A DNA stretch of 64,000 nt from the human T2T-CHM13v2.0 reference genome, Homo sapiens. How positions within the stretch are numbered: position 1 is the first letter of the stretch; every line of letters begins with the position of its first letter. Location: the NCBI RefSeq assembly GCF_009914755.1, contig NC_060926.1. One strand, written 5' to 3'. Positions 16,917 to 30,406 of this stretch are shown here, piece after piece. A program made the translations under genes and the position numbers. Below the pieces are notes generated by a model. It was not told the origin of the DNA. It did no database searches and worked only from the letters and a program-made list of their open reading frames with translations.

Positions 16917-17533
16917 AAAAGAAAATGCAAGTCATATAGGCCCACCACTAGAGAGCAGCGAATGAGAGTGCCCTCAGGGAAACCTGACAGTATATTCTGG
17001 TTGTAAAGGGCATAGAGACTGTCAAGACTAGTGTCTACACCTGGTCTAGCTGTTTCTGAGGTGGGAAGGACTGTGGAAATAGTGTTTGGTAGCAGAGTAG
17101 ACATGGATATAACTTTCCCTAGTTTCCTCAGTCCTCAGAGGCAGGGGGAAAAAAAACGGAATTTAGTATTGGACATGACTCCATAGAAGGAATATAGGGA
17201 TAAAAGGAGGGGAGACCCTTCCCCAAGAGAGTGTTGAATGAAAGCACAGAGCACTAAAAGGGCCCAAGGGACTTCCTCCCTTTGAAGGAGTCCTCAGCAG
17301 AGGGCCACCCTAAACAAACCCCTATATCTTCTATGCAGAGGCCATTGCATCAGAAGAGACCACCAGCATCAGGTAAAACAAGACCAAGCCAAGAGTGAGA
17401 CCAGGACAATCTCCCCAGCACCAATGGACAACCATGTGTGAAAGAATATCTCTGATACTCTTATCCCTACCCCTAACCCTGTCTCAAACTCAAAAGACTA
17501 GGCCTACCCAGAGAAATGAAAGAAGAGAAGAGG

Positions 17534-17950
<417 letters not shown>

Positions 17951-17997
17951 TTATATTACCTCTTTCTAAGATTTTTAATAAAACATGATAATTATGA

Positions 17998-18376
<379 letters not shown>

Positions 18377-19306
18377 CCCTTCTATCTAATTCTAAACCAC
18401 TCCCCTGGCAAGTATTCCAGCACTAGCCACGTCATGAGGAAGCCTGCAAATGTGTTCTGCTATTGTGAATTACACATGGTTTAATTTTGTTTTAATCAAA
18501 TTAATTCCTCTCACATTACATGAGCTCAAAATTATAGTGACAGTCTTAAACCAATTGTAAATGCAGACTTTGATTAATCTTTAAAAGGGCAAGTTCAACA
18601 GCATTTCATAGAGCAAAGAGGTGAAGCAGAAAAATAATTGTAGTGTTCCTGTTTATTTAAAAAAAAAACTACTTCTCCAGATTTCACATTCCTAGTGATA
18701 AAGGGAAATTGTAGCACCTATTTATACTGTGTAATATGTATCAAGCATTTCCAGGTTTTCTCCACTTTTCTGTAAAACTTGGAAAAGGTATTGGATCTTG
18801 GCTCACAAATACAGACCTTGAATATTTTAATTGGGAATCACACAATCATACATATGCTATATTAGATTATTTTTCTATGAAAATTCAGTAGCTGAGCCAA
18901 TACGAAAACTCCTCAAATATTTTAACAAATGTCCAGGTGCTGTCATCCCATTTGGTACCCTTTGCAATTTGTCTTTTACATTGAAGGTTTCTTGCCATGT
19001 CGGAATCAAAAGCATATCCTGATGTGAATTTTTGGCCAGGTGAAAAGCTTTAAAAACGTTTTAGGGGAATATTGAGCGTCTCTTAATAGAGCGAATTTTG
19101 TTCTCATCATTTGTTTTGGCCCCACCTACATAGATTATCCTCGCTAGTTCTGCCTTCTTATATTCAGAAGGGCAAAAACAATATTTAAAAGAATATATTG
19201 TACAGAACAAAGTCTCTCTAGAACACAAGGAGGAAAACATTACGTAAAAAGGAAGGGGCAAGATGGAATTATATTTCTTTCTAGACCTATGACCTGAGTT
19301 CCCTAG

Positions 19307-19620
19307 AGCAGCACTTCCAATAGAAATACCAGGTAAGCTGCAAATGAGAGCCGCATATGTAATTTTCAATTTTCTGGTAGCCACATTCAAAATAAATAAA
19401 AAGAAACAGGTGAAGTTAACTTTAACAATATATTTTATTTAACCCAATACTTTCAAATTATTGTCATTTTAACGTATGATAACATAACATGTATTAATGT
19501 GGTGCTTTAAATTCTAATTTTTGCACGGTCTTCAAAATTCAGTGTGCATTTTACATATACAGCACATTTCAAGTGCTCAATAGCCATGTGACATTAGCAG
19601 CCACCTATAGCCAAAACAGC
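19307..19620. mobile_element. MER33-like hAT-Charlie DNA element
   Basis: cagcacttccaatagaaa...gtagccacatt...aaagaaacaggtgaa...acatttcaagtgctcaatagcca. Confidence 0.8.
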
Positions 19621-20532
19621 TCTGAAGAAGAAGCTCTGCAAAAGATCTGTTAACGTGCATACAAGTAGCCTCTATACCTATGCTGGTGGAATTCTAATGC
19701 TAACGCTAATAATAATGACTGTAATAATGATAGAATTAGAATACTCTTAATTTTCATTATGATTGAAGCTCTGTAACAGGTTGTTACAACGGTGTTTAGG
19801 AAGCAAGCATCATCTAGCACTTACAGATGAGGAAACTGAGGTTCAGCACTTGCCTGATGTCACTGAGCTGACAAGAACTCTCTAGCTTGGATGGAATCCA
19901 GATCAAGCCCACAGCTGTGTTCTCTCCCACACACCCAATGACACTCATCCCAGAATGTGGTCCTGAACAAGACCAGTGTGGGGCTAGACCTTGCTGCCAG
20001 AGTACTTAGATCACTGGCAGGTTTTGAGGAAACCTGGGGTAGGCTTTGTGTTTCACGTATCCCAGGATTTCTCCTAAGGACTGCAAAATAAGTGAGGGTA
20101 TGACTCTCTCAGGGATTAAGTCAGCTCTGATGGAATTCCTGAAAGTCTGTATCAAGTCATGAATGTCCATTTTCCCAGATGCTCAGGAATCACTGGAGAT
20201 GCTTACCTCTTGGGGCACGCTTAGAGCACTCAGTAATTTAACTCATCTAAAGTCACACAGATGATAACCGCAAGAGCTAGCTGTACACCTCTGCCTGCCT
20301 GATTTTCCACAGCCTCCTTCGTGTGTCCTTTTTGGCCTGTACCTTGGAGAATCATATCTGATGCTTATTTATTCTCACCAAAAAACAACAACAACAACAA
20401 CAAACAGTGAATAGCCCTTCATCCATACAATGTCTTTGCTCGGTAAGATAGAGAAGAGCTCCCAGCCCTCAAAAAAAAAAATAATAAATTGAGGGCAGTC
20501 TCATAGGAGATTTCAACCCCAGGGTTGTAACA

Positions 20533-20780
20533 GGCCGGGGTTTATGCTCGGGGTTAATAATGCTAATAATAATGATTGTAATAATGATAGAATTAGAATA
20601 CTCTTAATTTTCACTATGATTAAAGCTCTGTAACAGGTTGCAACAACCTGTTTCAATATGAACAACAAGCTTCAATCATAGTGAAAATTCAATCATACTG
20701 AAAATTGAGAGTATTCTAATTCTATCATTATTACAGTCATTATTATTAGCATTATTAACCCCTGAGCATAAACCCTGGCC
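20533..20780. repeat. Long inverted repeat (~95-bp arms) with a third, direct copy at 19705-19790
   Basis: 20533-20627 is the near-perfect reverse complement of 20668-20780, apart from a 17-bp tandem duplication in the right arm; the apex aacaggttg-caa-caacctgtt is itself a hairpin. Confidence 0.95.
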
Positions 20781-21387
20781 CACTGAATGCTTGACATGTC
20801 CAGACACATCTGTGGGGCTGGTGGGTGAGCCCTCTTTGCACAAAAGCTGGAGCAGGCTATGGGGATGGGACAAGTGTCCTCTGGGTTGTGGCAGGAAGGA
20901 CAGTTCATCTGAGCAGAGCATGCTGCTTAATACTCAAATTTTTCTGCTGCTCACGCGTCAGTGACTCCTGGCTGAAACCTGGGGTATGAGGCTGCAAGGT
21001 AAGAACTCTAAGTGGTCCCCTCACTGCATCTCTACGGGCATTGACAGTGCAGCGACTTTGACAGGACAATCAAGAATCATTGCATGGCCGGCCCAGGCAC
21101 TGCACCCACCAAAGTACACATCCTGGGAGGGCAGGGGGCACGGTGGGGCCTTCCATGGGCCTCAGCAGCAGGGGACAGCCCTCTATGGCTCCCAGCTGCA
21201 GAGATGCTGCCTCTGACACCAGGGGATCTCAGAGGCTTTATCACAGTAAGTCATAGCAGGAAAGAAGGGTAACCAGCAAAGGAGGCAGTCATCCCTCAGA
21301 CCCCCTTTTAAACACAAGAGAACATTTCAGGGATGCTGAGACAGAGATCATCTACTTTGCCTCGCTTTTATCTGAGTATATTCAGAC

Positions 21388-21572
21388 TAGGGTTGCCAGA
21401 TTTACCAAATGAAAATACTAGACACCCAGTTAAATCTGAATTTCAGATTAACAATGACTAATTTTGGTGTAAATATGTCCTATGCAACATGCTACTAAAC
21501 ATACTACCAAAATGTTGTTTGTTGTTTATCTGAAATTCAAACTTAATTAGATATCCTGCATTTTATCTGGGG
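21388..21572. mobile_element. MER53 palindromic hAT MITE
   Basis: tagggttgccagattt...cccagttaaatctgaatttcagat...atctgaaattcaaacttaa...tttatctgg; internal inverted repeat. Confidence 0.85.
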
Positions 21573-21649
21573 TGCATAATCTGACCCCATGCTAGTTTAT
21601 ACACAAAATATGAGTTTCTAATTCTTTCACTGTGAGACTTGGATGGCAA

Positions 21650-21830
21650 ATAGCATGGCCATTAAAAGGCCCAGACGGAAGTCAAAAAGCCCACATATGA
21701 AATTAGCTCTGACACCTATCAAATATGTGGCCTGAACAGTTGGAATTGTTTATCTCAGCTTGATTGTCTTCATTTGTAAAATGGAAACTGTATCTCTTCC
21801 TTCAGCTATTATTAGGATTTAATGAACCAA
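21650..21830 (+). mobile_element. MIR remnant
   Basis: ctcagcttgattgtcttcatttgtaaaatgg...ttaggatttaatga; further MIR/L2 fragments at ~22780-23380. Confidence 0.55.
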
Positions 21831-24109
21831 TAAGTGGTCAGTAAGTAGAGGATATAATTATTCCAGAAAATGTTCTTGTGTAAATATCAAAAATAATCAA
21901 CATTTATTATTGTGCATATACTTTGTATCTAATGCCCAATTGCTGTGGGATTATCCTAATTGCCTTTCAATCTCATAGAGTAAGTTTTTAAAAAAATTTT
22001 AATAACAGTGGGAACACTTTAAAAATGATTTTAGATCTTAAAAGTTCTGATATTGGATACCTTAGAAATTTTAGGAAACAGAACCAAGTGATTCAGGAAT
22101 AAAATGGATGGCATTCTATCTTAATAATAAAAATAAAAATGTTACTTAAATTTAAAACAAATTACTGCAGTATTTACAGAAGGGTCATGCATCAAAAATA
22201 CTAAGCTTTGGAAAATACTTTTTTAGCATTTATAAGGTACAGCAACTGTTCCTGAAATCCTAGATTCATCAATGATGTGTGTTCAGTGTTCAGACAAGCT
22301 CAGTCACTGATATAATCATTGATACATTAGACCAGTGTCTGAGAGCACACACACACAGAAATACAAACAACACATACACATACAAATGTACTTTTCTTGA
22401 AGCCATAGAGAATCTCAGAATTCTGAGAGGGAGAAGATGTGCCACTATTTGACAGTAACACTTGGCAATAGTTCTGACAGTTTGAGGAGAAGCCAATCTC
22501 AGTGGTAAAACCCTTTTATGGGCCCTTGGCTGGGACATTAAAATAGGAGTATAGTGAACGAGAAAAGCAGGGTTGGCGAGAACATGAGGCAGGCTTCACT
22601 TTGTTTATTTCTGCCTTCACTGTAAACTGTGCTCATGGCGGAATTTACATTGTGCCAGTTTTGCGTCGCCTCGTAGAGTACAGACCAGGGCAAGTGAAGG
22701 GAGATTGGAGAAATGAGAGTTAAGGGGGTTCTCTCTTCTCATTTTAGCTTTTAGCAAAATTTTGAATTTATCAAATGGCTTTAGCTTTGCTAAAGTCATT
22801 GAGCTCCTACTATATCCCAAGAGCTAGGTTAGCGCTTATCCTTGCCCGTGTGCAAAATGGGAATAATAACCATATCTATTTCATAGGGATGTCCTAATGA
22901 TGAAGTACAAGAATGCTTATAAAGTGCTTGTCACCAGCGGCTGGCAGGGAGTAAACATTCAATAACTGTTAAGCCTAAAACTGAATGGTAAATTTAGAGC
23001 ATTATAATTATTGAGCAGTGAGTCAGTACAGATCCAGGATTCAAACTGGGCAGCCTGGCTCCAGAGCCAGCCCTCTTAATCACTATCTTGCACTGTCGCC
23101 ATCAATTATCCATTAATTTTCATAGAATATTTGAAAGTGCATCATTGTGGTTATTCTTAATATTGATAAAATGAGGCACAGGGAATGTTAATGGTTTGGC
23201 CAAGATTTTAAGAAAAGGGAAGCTTCATCTCACAGCCACCATTCTCCACAGTAGTTTGGTAAATAAACCTTAATCAATGCGCACAGCACACTATTAGAGA
23301 AAGTACTGTAGGAAAAAATAATTAAATAATTAGAAGACATGGTCCCCACATGGAGTCGGCTTACTTTCTGGTCAGGAAGATGAAGCCAACACCGATGACT
23401 CAAAAAAGAATCAATGAGTAGTAATGCACGCCATGTGAATACATGGATATAAAATGTGCATACAAAGAATTGAAAGGAGAAAATTGAGAGGGAGCAGTCC
23501 CAGAAGCTTCCAGGAAAAGGGAAATGTAGAGCCAAGTTTAGAAAGAAAAGAGGGGTATGGCTTGGCAGAGTCTTCTCACTCCAGCCACCTTGCCAATCAA
23601 CAAATCCTCCTTGTCCAAGGGCCGTCCCCAAAGGGAACCGTGATGGCGGGTGTGTGCGCAGCTCCAGCCTGCAGCCCTCCCCGCGAGGAGAGCAGGAGAC
23701 AAGTCAGTCTCCGCTCAGAAAATGGCCCTTGACAAATGGCCAAAAGAATTCACCAGTGTGGTAGAAGATGACCCATTCCAAGAGAAGGGAAAAAAACCTT
23801 TATATAAAGATGGAGTCGTGTAAAAAATCCCAACCCTCCCCGCCCCCCCTTTTTTTTTTTCCTGTGGCATTGTAAATTATTTCCTTGCCAGTCTTAGAAT
23901 GCACACTGGCTTTTCATACTTCAATATCTGGATTTACATGTGCTCTACAGTGTACTCCCTTTTTACCCTTCCCCCTTTCTGTGCTCTTATTCCCACCCTC
24001 TTCCTCTTCCCACACCACCCCAAAAGACAAACAAAAATAAAACAAACAAACAAACAAATATGTGGAACTTCTTACTTGGAATGATTCAAGAGTCTCTATA
24101 CTATTAAGA

Positions 24110-24610
24110 CACTGAGTAATGATTGGCTGCCTTCCAGGTGGCTCTGCAGTCTGTTAAATAGCTCAATTAGTGAGCAGCGCTCTCTCACTCGCTCTCTTGC
24201 ATGCACTCTCTCTCTCTCTCATTGAATTTTGCCAAGTGCATGCTGCATTGTTGGAAGGGGCAGTGCCAAATTAGCCTAGCAACATCCCTTTATAGCCCTA
24301 ACGTCTGGGACACCTCAGAGCAGCAGAGAAATCACCGTTCCCCAGGCCTTGCCGGGACTACGAGGCAGCAGAGAGCATTGTGGCAGGACGGTTTTTCCTT
24401 CTGAAGGGTGGTTAATGAGCAATGTAGGTGAAGACCCCTGAGAGATACCTGGGCATCCTGCCCACCCAAATAGAAGACCGCGTTGAGATGGCAGTCGGAG
24501 ATGGAGCCCATGACCAGAGAGAGGGACAGAGGAGAGGAGCGCGGGGACAGTGCCGGACACAAAGTAAAAGCGCTGCCAGTTCATTTAGGTCTGAATGATT
24601 TTAAGTAAGC
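24110..24610 (+). promoter_or_regulatory. Candidate non-CpG-island promoter plus first exon
   Basis: Inverted CCAAT (24122-24126), CT-rich tract, RFX-like cctagcaac (24275-24283), locally raised CpG, two strong-Kozak ATGs (24488, 24501) and a donor AA|GTAAGC at 24604/24605 followed by an AT-rich drop. Confidence 0.45.
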
Positions 24611-27330
24611 CTTGAATCTTTTCTTTAAAAAAACAATAGCAGCAATATAATTCTTAAACAAAATATATAAGCCAAAAATGCCAGTGCAATGTAAATCAGC
24701 TGTCTGCCTTTAACACCGTTTATTCCAGAGCTCAGCCATCAATTTCTCATTCTGTCTTCCTATAAAAGAAGGTTTAGGCACACACCCTCCACCTACCAAA
24801 CACACCTAAAGTGAGCCCTCAAATTGGTGCTATATTTATGTCTATTTGTGGTTCAACCAGACATAAACAGTGTCAGAAAAGAACAAATGAGAAAGCTGCA
24901 TTCTATACAGAGTACACAAGCCCTACATAATTCACAACCCCTCAGTTGAAACTTGTTGCAGAGCTCTGAAAATTCATACAGAAAGCAGGACATTCATGTT
25001 ATAAGGTAAACATATTTAGTCTGTTGTCTGTTTCAGTAACACATTTATTGGTACAGGCTATGTGATACTGATGTATTCATTACATCTTGGCATTTACAAT
25101 ATACAGTATTTCGCTGTTTGACTCATTACAGCCTTCATACCAATTAGGTGAAAGAAAATATTGTTTGCAAAAATACTTTTAGGGGGATTACATTTATCCT
25201 AGAATATTATGTATCACAATTTTAGAAACATTAAGCCCCAACATTTACATATAATTATTATGGTTATACCCTAGAGAAGATATTTAAATGTCTCTACCCT
25301 ATCTATTGGGTATATGTTTCCCTTGGAAGGAAAACCCTGTCAAACAATTAGAGTGCCGAAAGAAGTGAAAATATTCTTGGTTGCTAAATTGGAGTAAAAG
25401 TTGCCCCAAGATAAAAATTTTTAATGTAAAATTGCACTTTGATTCGGGTGGTTTATTTTTGTTATGACATTATGGGAATTTTATTCTTTGAATTTTAAGC
25501 ATAAAATCATACAACTCAATTATCAAGATATTTGCACTGAGAAAATCAAATACTGAAATTAGACCGGTAGATTTTTATGTGGACTTGAATCTGCTTCTTT
25601 GTAATTTCCGTGGGTACTTGGAAGTGTTTTGCCATGAATGCTAATGTGCTTTGTGTTTTAAGTAGTGATTCTGCACATTTTGAAACACAGGCAAATTTGA
25701 GCTGGGGATACAGGCAGAGCACTTTGTTGGATGCTGCTGAAGGAAATCATAAAGGTCCTTCAAAAATGAAATCTCTAAATATGTATTTTTCAGATGGAAA
25801 GACATTGTACCTATGAAAGCCTGCCTATCTTTTGTCTGGATATATACCTTAATAAGAAAGATAAAGTTAATTTTAATTTTAATAGTAAGTCCTCACTACC
25901 TTCACACATAGCCATATTTTCTAAAGGGCAGACCAAAGGCAATAAGAGATACCTGTATAAGTCACTAGTAAAATACTGCTTTAGGATAATCCCTCATCTG
26001 TTCCCCCACCCCTTTTTTTTTCTGAAAAAACAAGGAAGGAAAATGAGAGAGAGAAAGAAAGCATAATCAAAAGCCTACATGACAAAGAGTTGACAGTCAG
26101 ATTCTGTGGTAAATGATTCCAGAGTCGCTGGCCTGCGGAGACGCTGAGGAAGTCCCCAGCAGACCTGATTAATTCCAGTCTCTCCAGCTGCCAGGGGAGC
26201 AGAGGGTAAGCAGTTTCGCAGAGAGGAGCCTATTACCACTACTAGGCTGAAATAGATCTAATCAACTCACAGCCGCTCAAAAGAAAACTTTACAGGTTTA
26301 GCTCACTAAGGCAGTGCTTTAAAATGATGACTACAAAGGACCATGGGAGTCTAAAAGCATTTAGTCTTTATTGCAGCTCAAGGAAATTTTCTGCTGTGGT
26401 TAGGCCATGCTAATTTACTGAACATGACAAAGCCTCCTAGACTGTGTGACATCATTTGTTTAAAGGCCCCAGTGCTCATACTGGACAATTTCGAATACTA
26501 CTTTTTTTTTCTTCAAAAACAGTTAATTTGTTGATATTTCATCGGTTTGGGCTAATTACATGCACCATTATAAATGTCTGAACTAACCTACTTTAACATT
26601 TAATTTAAACAACAATGCTCTGTAATTTGTCATGGTGCTCACAAAGTGATGAGTATTGCAACTTTGTTTTCTAAGCAATCAACATTTTATCAGTGAATCT
26701 TAGGAGGAAACTCCTGGCAGAAAGGAGATCCTGGGAATCTGATACAGTGTTCACTTCCCTTCCCCAGCATCAGAATTTAAGTTATATAGCAATTTGTGTC
26801 AGAATAGTCGAAATGGATTGAAAACTATATGAACTAATAAACACTATAGCAAATAAAGTTCTAGATTTTTAAAAGTATTTTGTACCCTAGGTTGGGTTTT
26901 ATAACCACCTTCTTTTTAATGGAAAATAAACAGAGGGAAAATTATTAAGGCCAGATTGAAACCAAGTAGCCATTTGTCTTTTTTTTTTTTTTCAGTTGTT
27001 GGAAATCTTAGTAAAGATTTGCAGAGTAAAATCTGCTTTTGTTTAAATAATCAAGATTTGGAAACTGCACGAGTTACATGATATGTTGTTTAGAATGCTG
27101 TGTGTGATAGCAAATATGCACACACATGCTTATGAAATTCATTGATTACTAATGAATTCCCTGATCATACCACCAACAGAAAATTAAAGGGGAGTACTCA
27201 AGTCATTGAATTTAAGTTAATTACAGATGATAATCTGCAAACTGCTTCCTTCAGAAATTTTAAGTCCAAGGAAGATACAGTAGAACCCAAAAGATGAAGA
27301 GTGAGGAAGCAGAGATAAGATAAATGATGG

Positions 27331-27376
27331 GTGCACGTTGTGCACATGTACCCTAAAACTTAAAGTATTTTAAAAA
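27331..27376 (+). mobile_element. 46-bp L1PA 3'-terminal insertion
   Basis: tgcacgttgtgcacatgtaccctaaaacttaaagtat is the L1PA 3' terminus; perfect 14-bp TSD aagataaatgatgg (27317-27330, 27377-27390). Confidence 0.93.
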
Positions 27377-30300
27377 AAGATAAATGATGGAAAGTTGGAA
27401 CTTTTATCGTCACTTCTGAGCCTCTCTGTTTAGACATTATGTCAATGTCTAACCCCCATTATGTCCTGGGGGTTAGAGGTGTGTGATGCGGGGAGAGGGT
27501 GCAGCTGAGCAAGGCTACTAGGCATGCCACAATTTCAGAAAAGCAAAATGTCCCAAGAAAAAGTCCCAATATTGCACTGGGATCTGACTTTTAGATGTAG
27601 AGAAACACACTTGCCTGATGATCATTTGCATAGAACTGAACACAACACCTAGTAATATCGTTAGTATTGTTATATGAGTTATAGTTGTTATTCATATGCT
27701 CAGAGCTCTTGATCATCAGTTTTTTTCCCCCTTAAAACAGATTTTTGAGCTATTTATCCCTAGCTGATTCAGAGGTCATGGAGGTGCCTGGACTTTCCTA
27801 CATGTCAAGGAGTCCAAGATGCATCATAAATACCCATATTTGAATATGGATTTGGAAATGTCTAAATTTTATCAGAACATTACCTTTGGTTCTGTTATGT
27901 CCTTGAACTACATCACTGGAGTTCAAGCAGGATTTGTGTTTCAGATCAGCAAAACATTTCCTTTTCTGAGGCTTTTTCAATTTTGTCTCATTCGAATAAT
28001 ATTAAACTACTTAAAATGTCAACACCAAAAATCCAGCAGTACCTGTAGACTAGATATAAATGCCTATGGAACCACAGATCTGAACAGGTCAGTCCTCCAG
28101 GCACCAAGGGCCAGATTTACGTCTATCTCTTGCAGTGACAGTTGGTTCCTACTGGCCTCAAATGTGCAAGCAATTAGACAGCTGTATGTATAATTGGTTT
28201 GACATGCTCCGTTTTTTCTTCCAGAGAGAAAAACTTCCTTTAAAAATTTCAAGGATGAATTTTTGATGATATAGATAGCTTTTTGAAATATGATATTTTA
28301 TCATTTATTTGGATCTAATGGAGATCCAAATAAAAGTGTGATATTTTGAGAAAGTATTAGATGTGTATGGCATCAGATGGTTGGCTTGATCCTTGAATAG
28401 AGAACTAGGCTGTTGGAGCCCAGGTCATGAATACCCATATCAAAATCTGCCTGTTTGTTTCAGTCTGTTCTAAAACCTAATGACAACCTAGTACTTAGTA
28501 TTGTTGGAAAAAAGAATCGTTGATGGGAGGATAGGCAGGGCTAGGTAAGAGAAAAATAAAAAGATTAGTATAAGCCTGTATCTAGAAAACAACTCAAAGC
28601 AAATGACCTACCGAAGCCCAACCAGTAGTATCATTTTCACCTACAAACAAGAACTCTTGGAACTTTCTCTTTGTTATTTGGAAAGAAAAACAAAAGTACT
28701 AATAATCAAACTCAAGGTTGGATAGCTTTAAGAGTAAGGAAAAAAAGAAATTACTCATGAAGTTAGAACACTGAAGAAATAGAAGTGAGATGGATCACCA
28801 CAGGAAAATCCTGAATGAAGCAAATGTTTTCTTGAGTACAAGGATGTATAATTTTAGGAAAGATTGAGCTATTTGCCATCTTGCTTATGTATATGTTGTT
28901 GGATTTACTTATTATGGATTTTACCACTTTAGTGTCATGGTTAGTGTTAAAGTACGTGGGGTGTGTGTCTAATTGATGTCATGCCTATCCCAGGAAGTCA
29001 CTAAGGAGCAGCCCTGTCACAACAGCCTCCAAAGGACAGAGAGTGAACCACAGAGGAAATTCGAATGCATGTACAGTGGGTTCCATTACCAGGGAGCCTG
29101 AGCTTGGGACAAGAGGAGCTCATCACCACCAGAAAATACTACCAACATGCCCAAGAGTTTGTTTCCCATACTTTTAAAGAAAAAGAAAAATGGATGGTTC
29201 TGAAATCACCTGGGTTTGTTTTATTACATTATATCTTCTGGCAAGATCAGTGATGGCAGATGTGATTCAGCAATAGAAGCATGGCTGTACTGGTAGGTTT
29301 TTAAAATAAATTCAAGGGCTGTACTTTCTGACTGGCTACCTCCCTGTGGTTTGGCTTTTTAATGGAGTTCAATAGGCTTCATGTTTCTTATTATGATTTC
29401 CTTTAAAATCTCTGTATACGATAATGTTTGTGCTACTGGATATTGTTCTAGTTTTATTTAAATGCCACATCTTCAACACAGTATAGTAAAGATGTGCTAA
29501 TTAAACTCAATCTATTTTACATCAATTAATTCAGACTGTGATCTCTCATCAGATTGCATATGTTAAGTAGGACTTAGGGCTGGTCAACAGATGTAAACTA
29601 TTCAGAAATGTGGTGAGAAACCAACTCCAATGACAATTCCTGAGCCAGATTTTTTTTTTTACTTGTTCAGATGCTAAAGGATTGTATTTCAGTTCAGCTA
29701 CATATTGGACATCAGAGAAGGCTACATTTTATGGCTCCCTTGAGTATATGTCAGTTGTAGTTATTTTAATTATTTCTAACATTTAGTTCTCCTGAAATGG
29801 CCACCCTTACTTTGATGCTTGCATTGATGAAGGCCATGATCACTGAGCAGCACGGTGCTAAACTGAATGAGAATAGCACAAGGTGACTTTATATACATTA
29901 CACACATCCCTTCCTTCCAGGAAGCGGTCCGCCTCCCCACCAAAAACACAAGAAAAGCACCACCAAATTTGACTTTTTAATAGACAGTTTCTGCAAAAAA
30001 AGCTACACAAAACAGTAAGCATTAAAATTATTAATAGCCCTGTTTCTGTGTTCTTGGGAGACAGTGACAGAGTTTACATGCTAGCGAATCTTGCATACGC
30101 AAAGGTCAGGCACTCCATGCCTCAAAAGACAAATCCACGAAAATATGAAGACCACCATATGTAAGACCCAGCATTCCCATCACATCTCTCTAGTGTGAAT
30201 GTGGGGAAGTTTATTGGTAGAGTGAAGTTTAGAGTTTCACACAGAATTAAGAGGTTTCTTTGAAAAGTCTATATGGTTATGTTCCTAGTGACAGAAAGAG

Positions 30301-30392
30301 TGATGTCTGAGAGTGAAAAGGCTATGCAAATTACAACTATTCCAAATCAAAGTTGAAGTCCAAAGATCTCTGGCCAATCAAAGGGTTCGTTT

Positions 30393-30406
30393 CTGCCCCC
30401 TGGTGG
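30393..30406 (-). promoter_or_regulatory. CTCF core motif
   Basis: The minus strand reads CCACCAGGGGGCAG, a near-consensus CTCF core. Confidence 0.7.

Noticed and set aside
19705-20780. Repeat unit as a CRISPR-like array or prokaryotic element
   Set aside because: Only three copies in mixed orientation, no regular spacers, no cas genes; the context is mammalian.
24488-24604. Assigning the candidate exon to a named gene such as an upstream NFIA exon
   Set aside because: The translated peptides match no N-terminus I can recall; the identity cannot be supported without a search.
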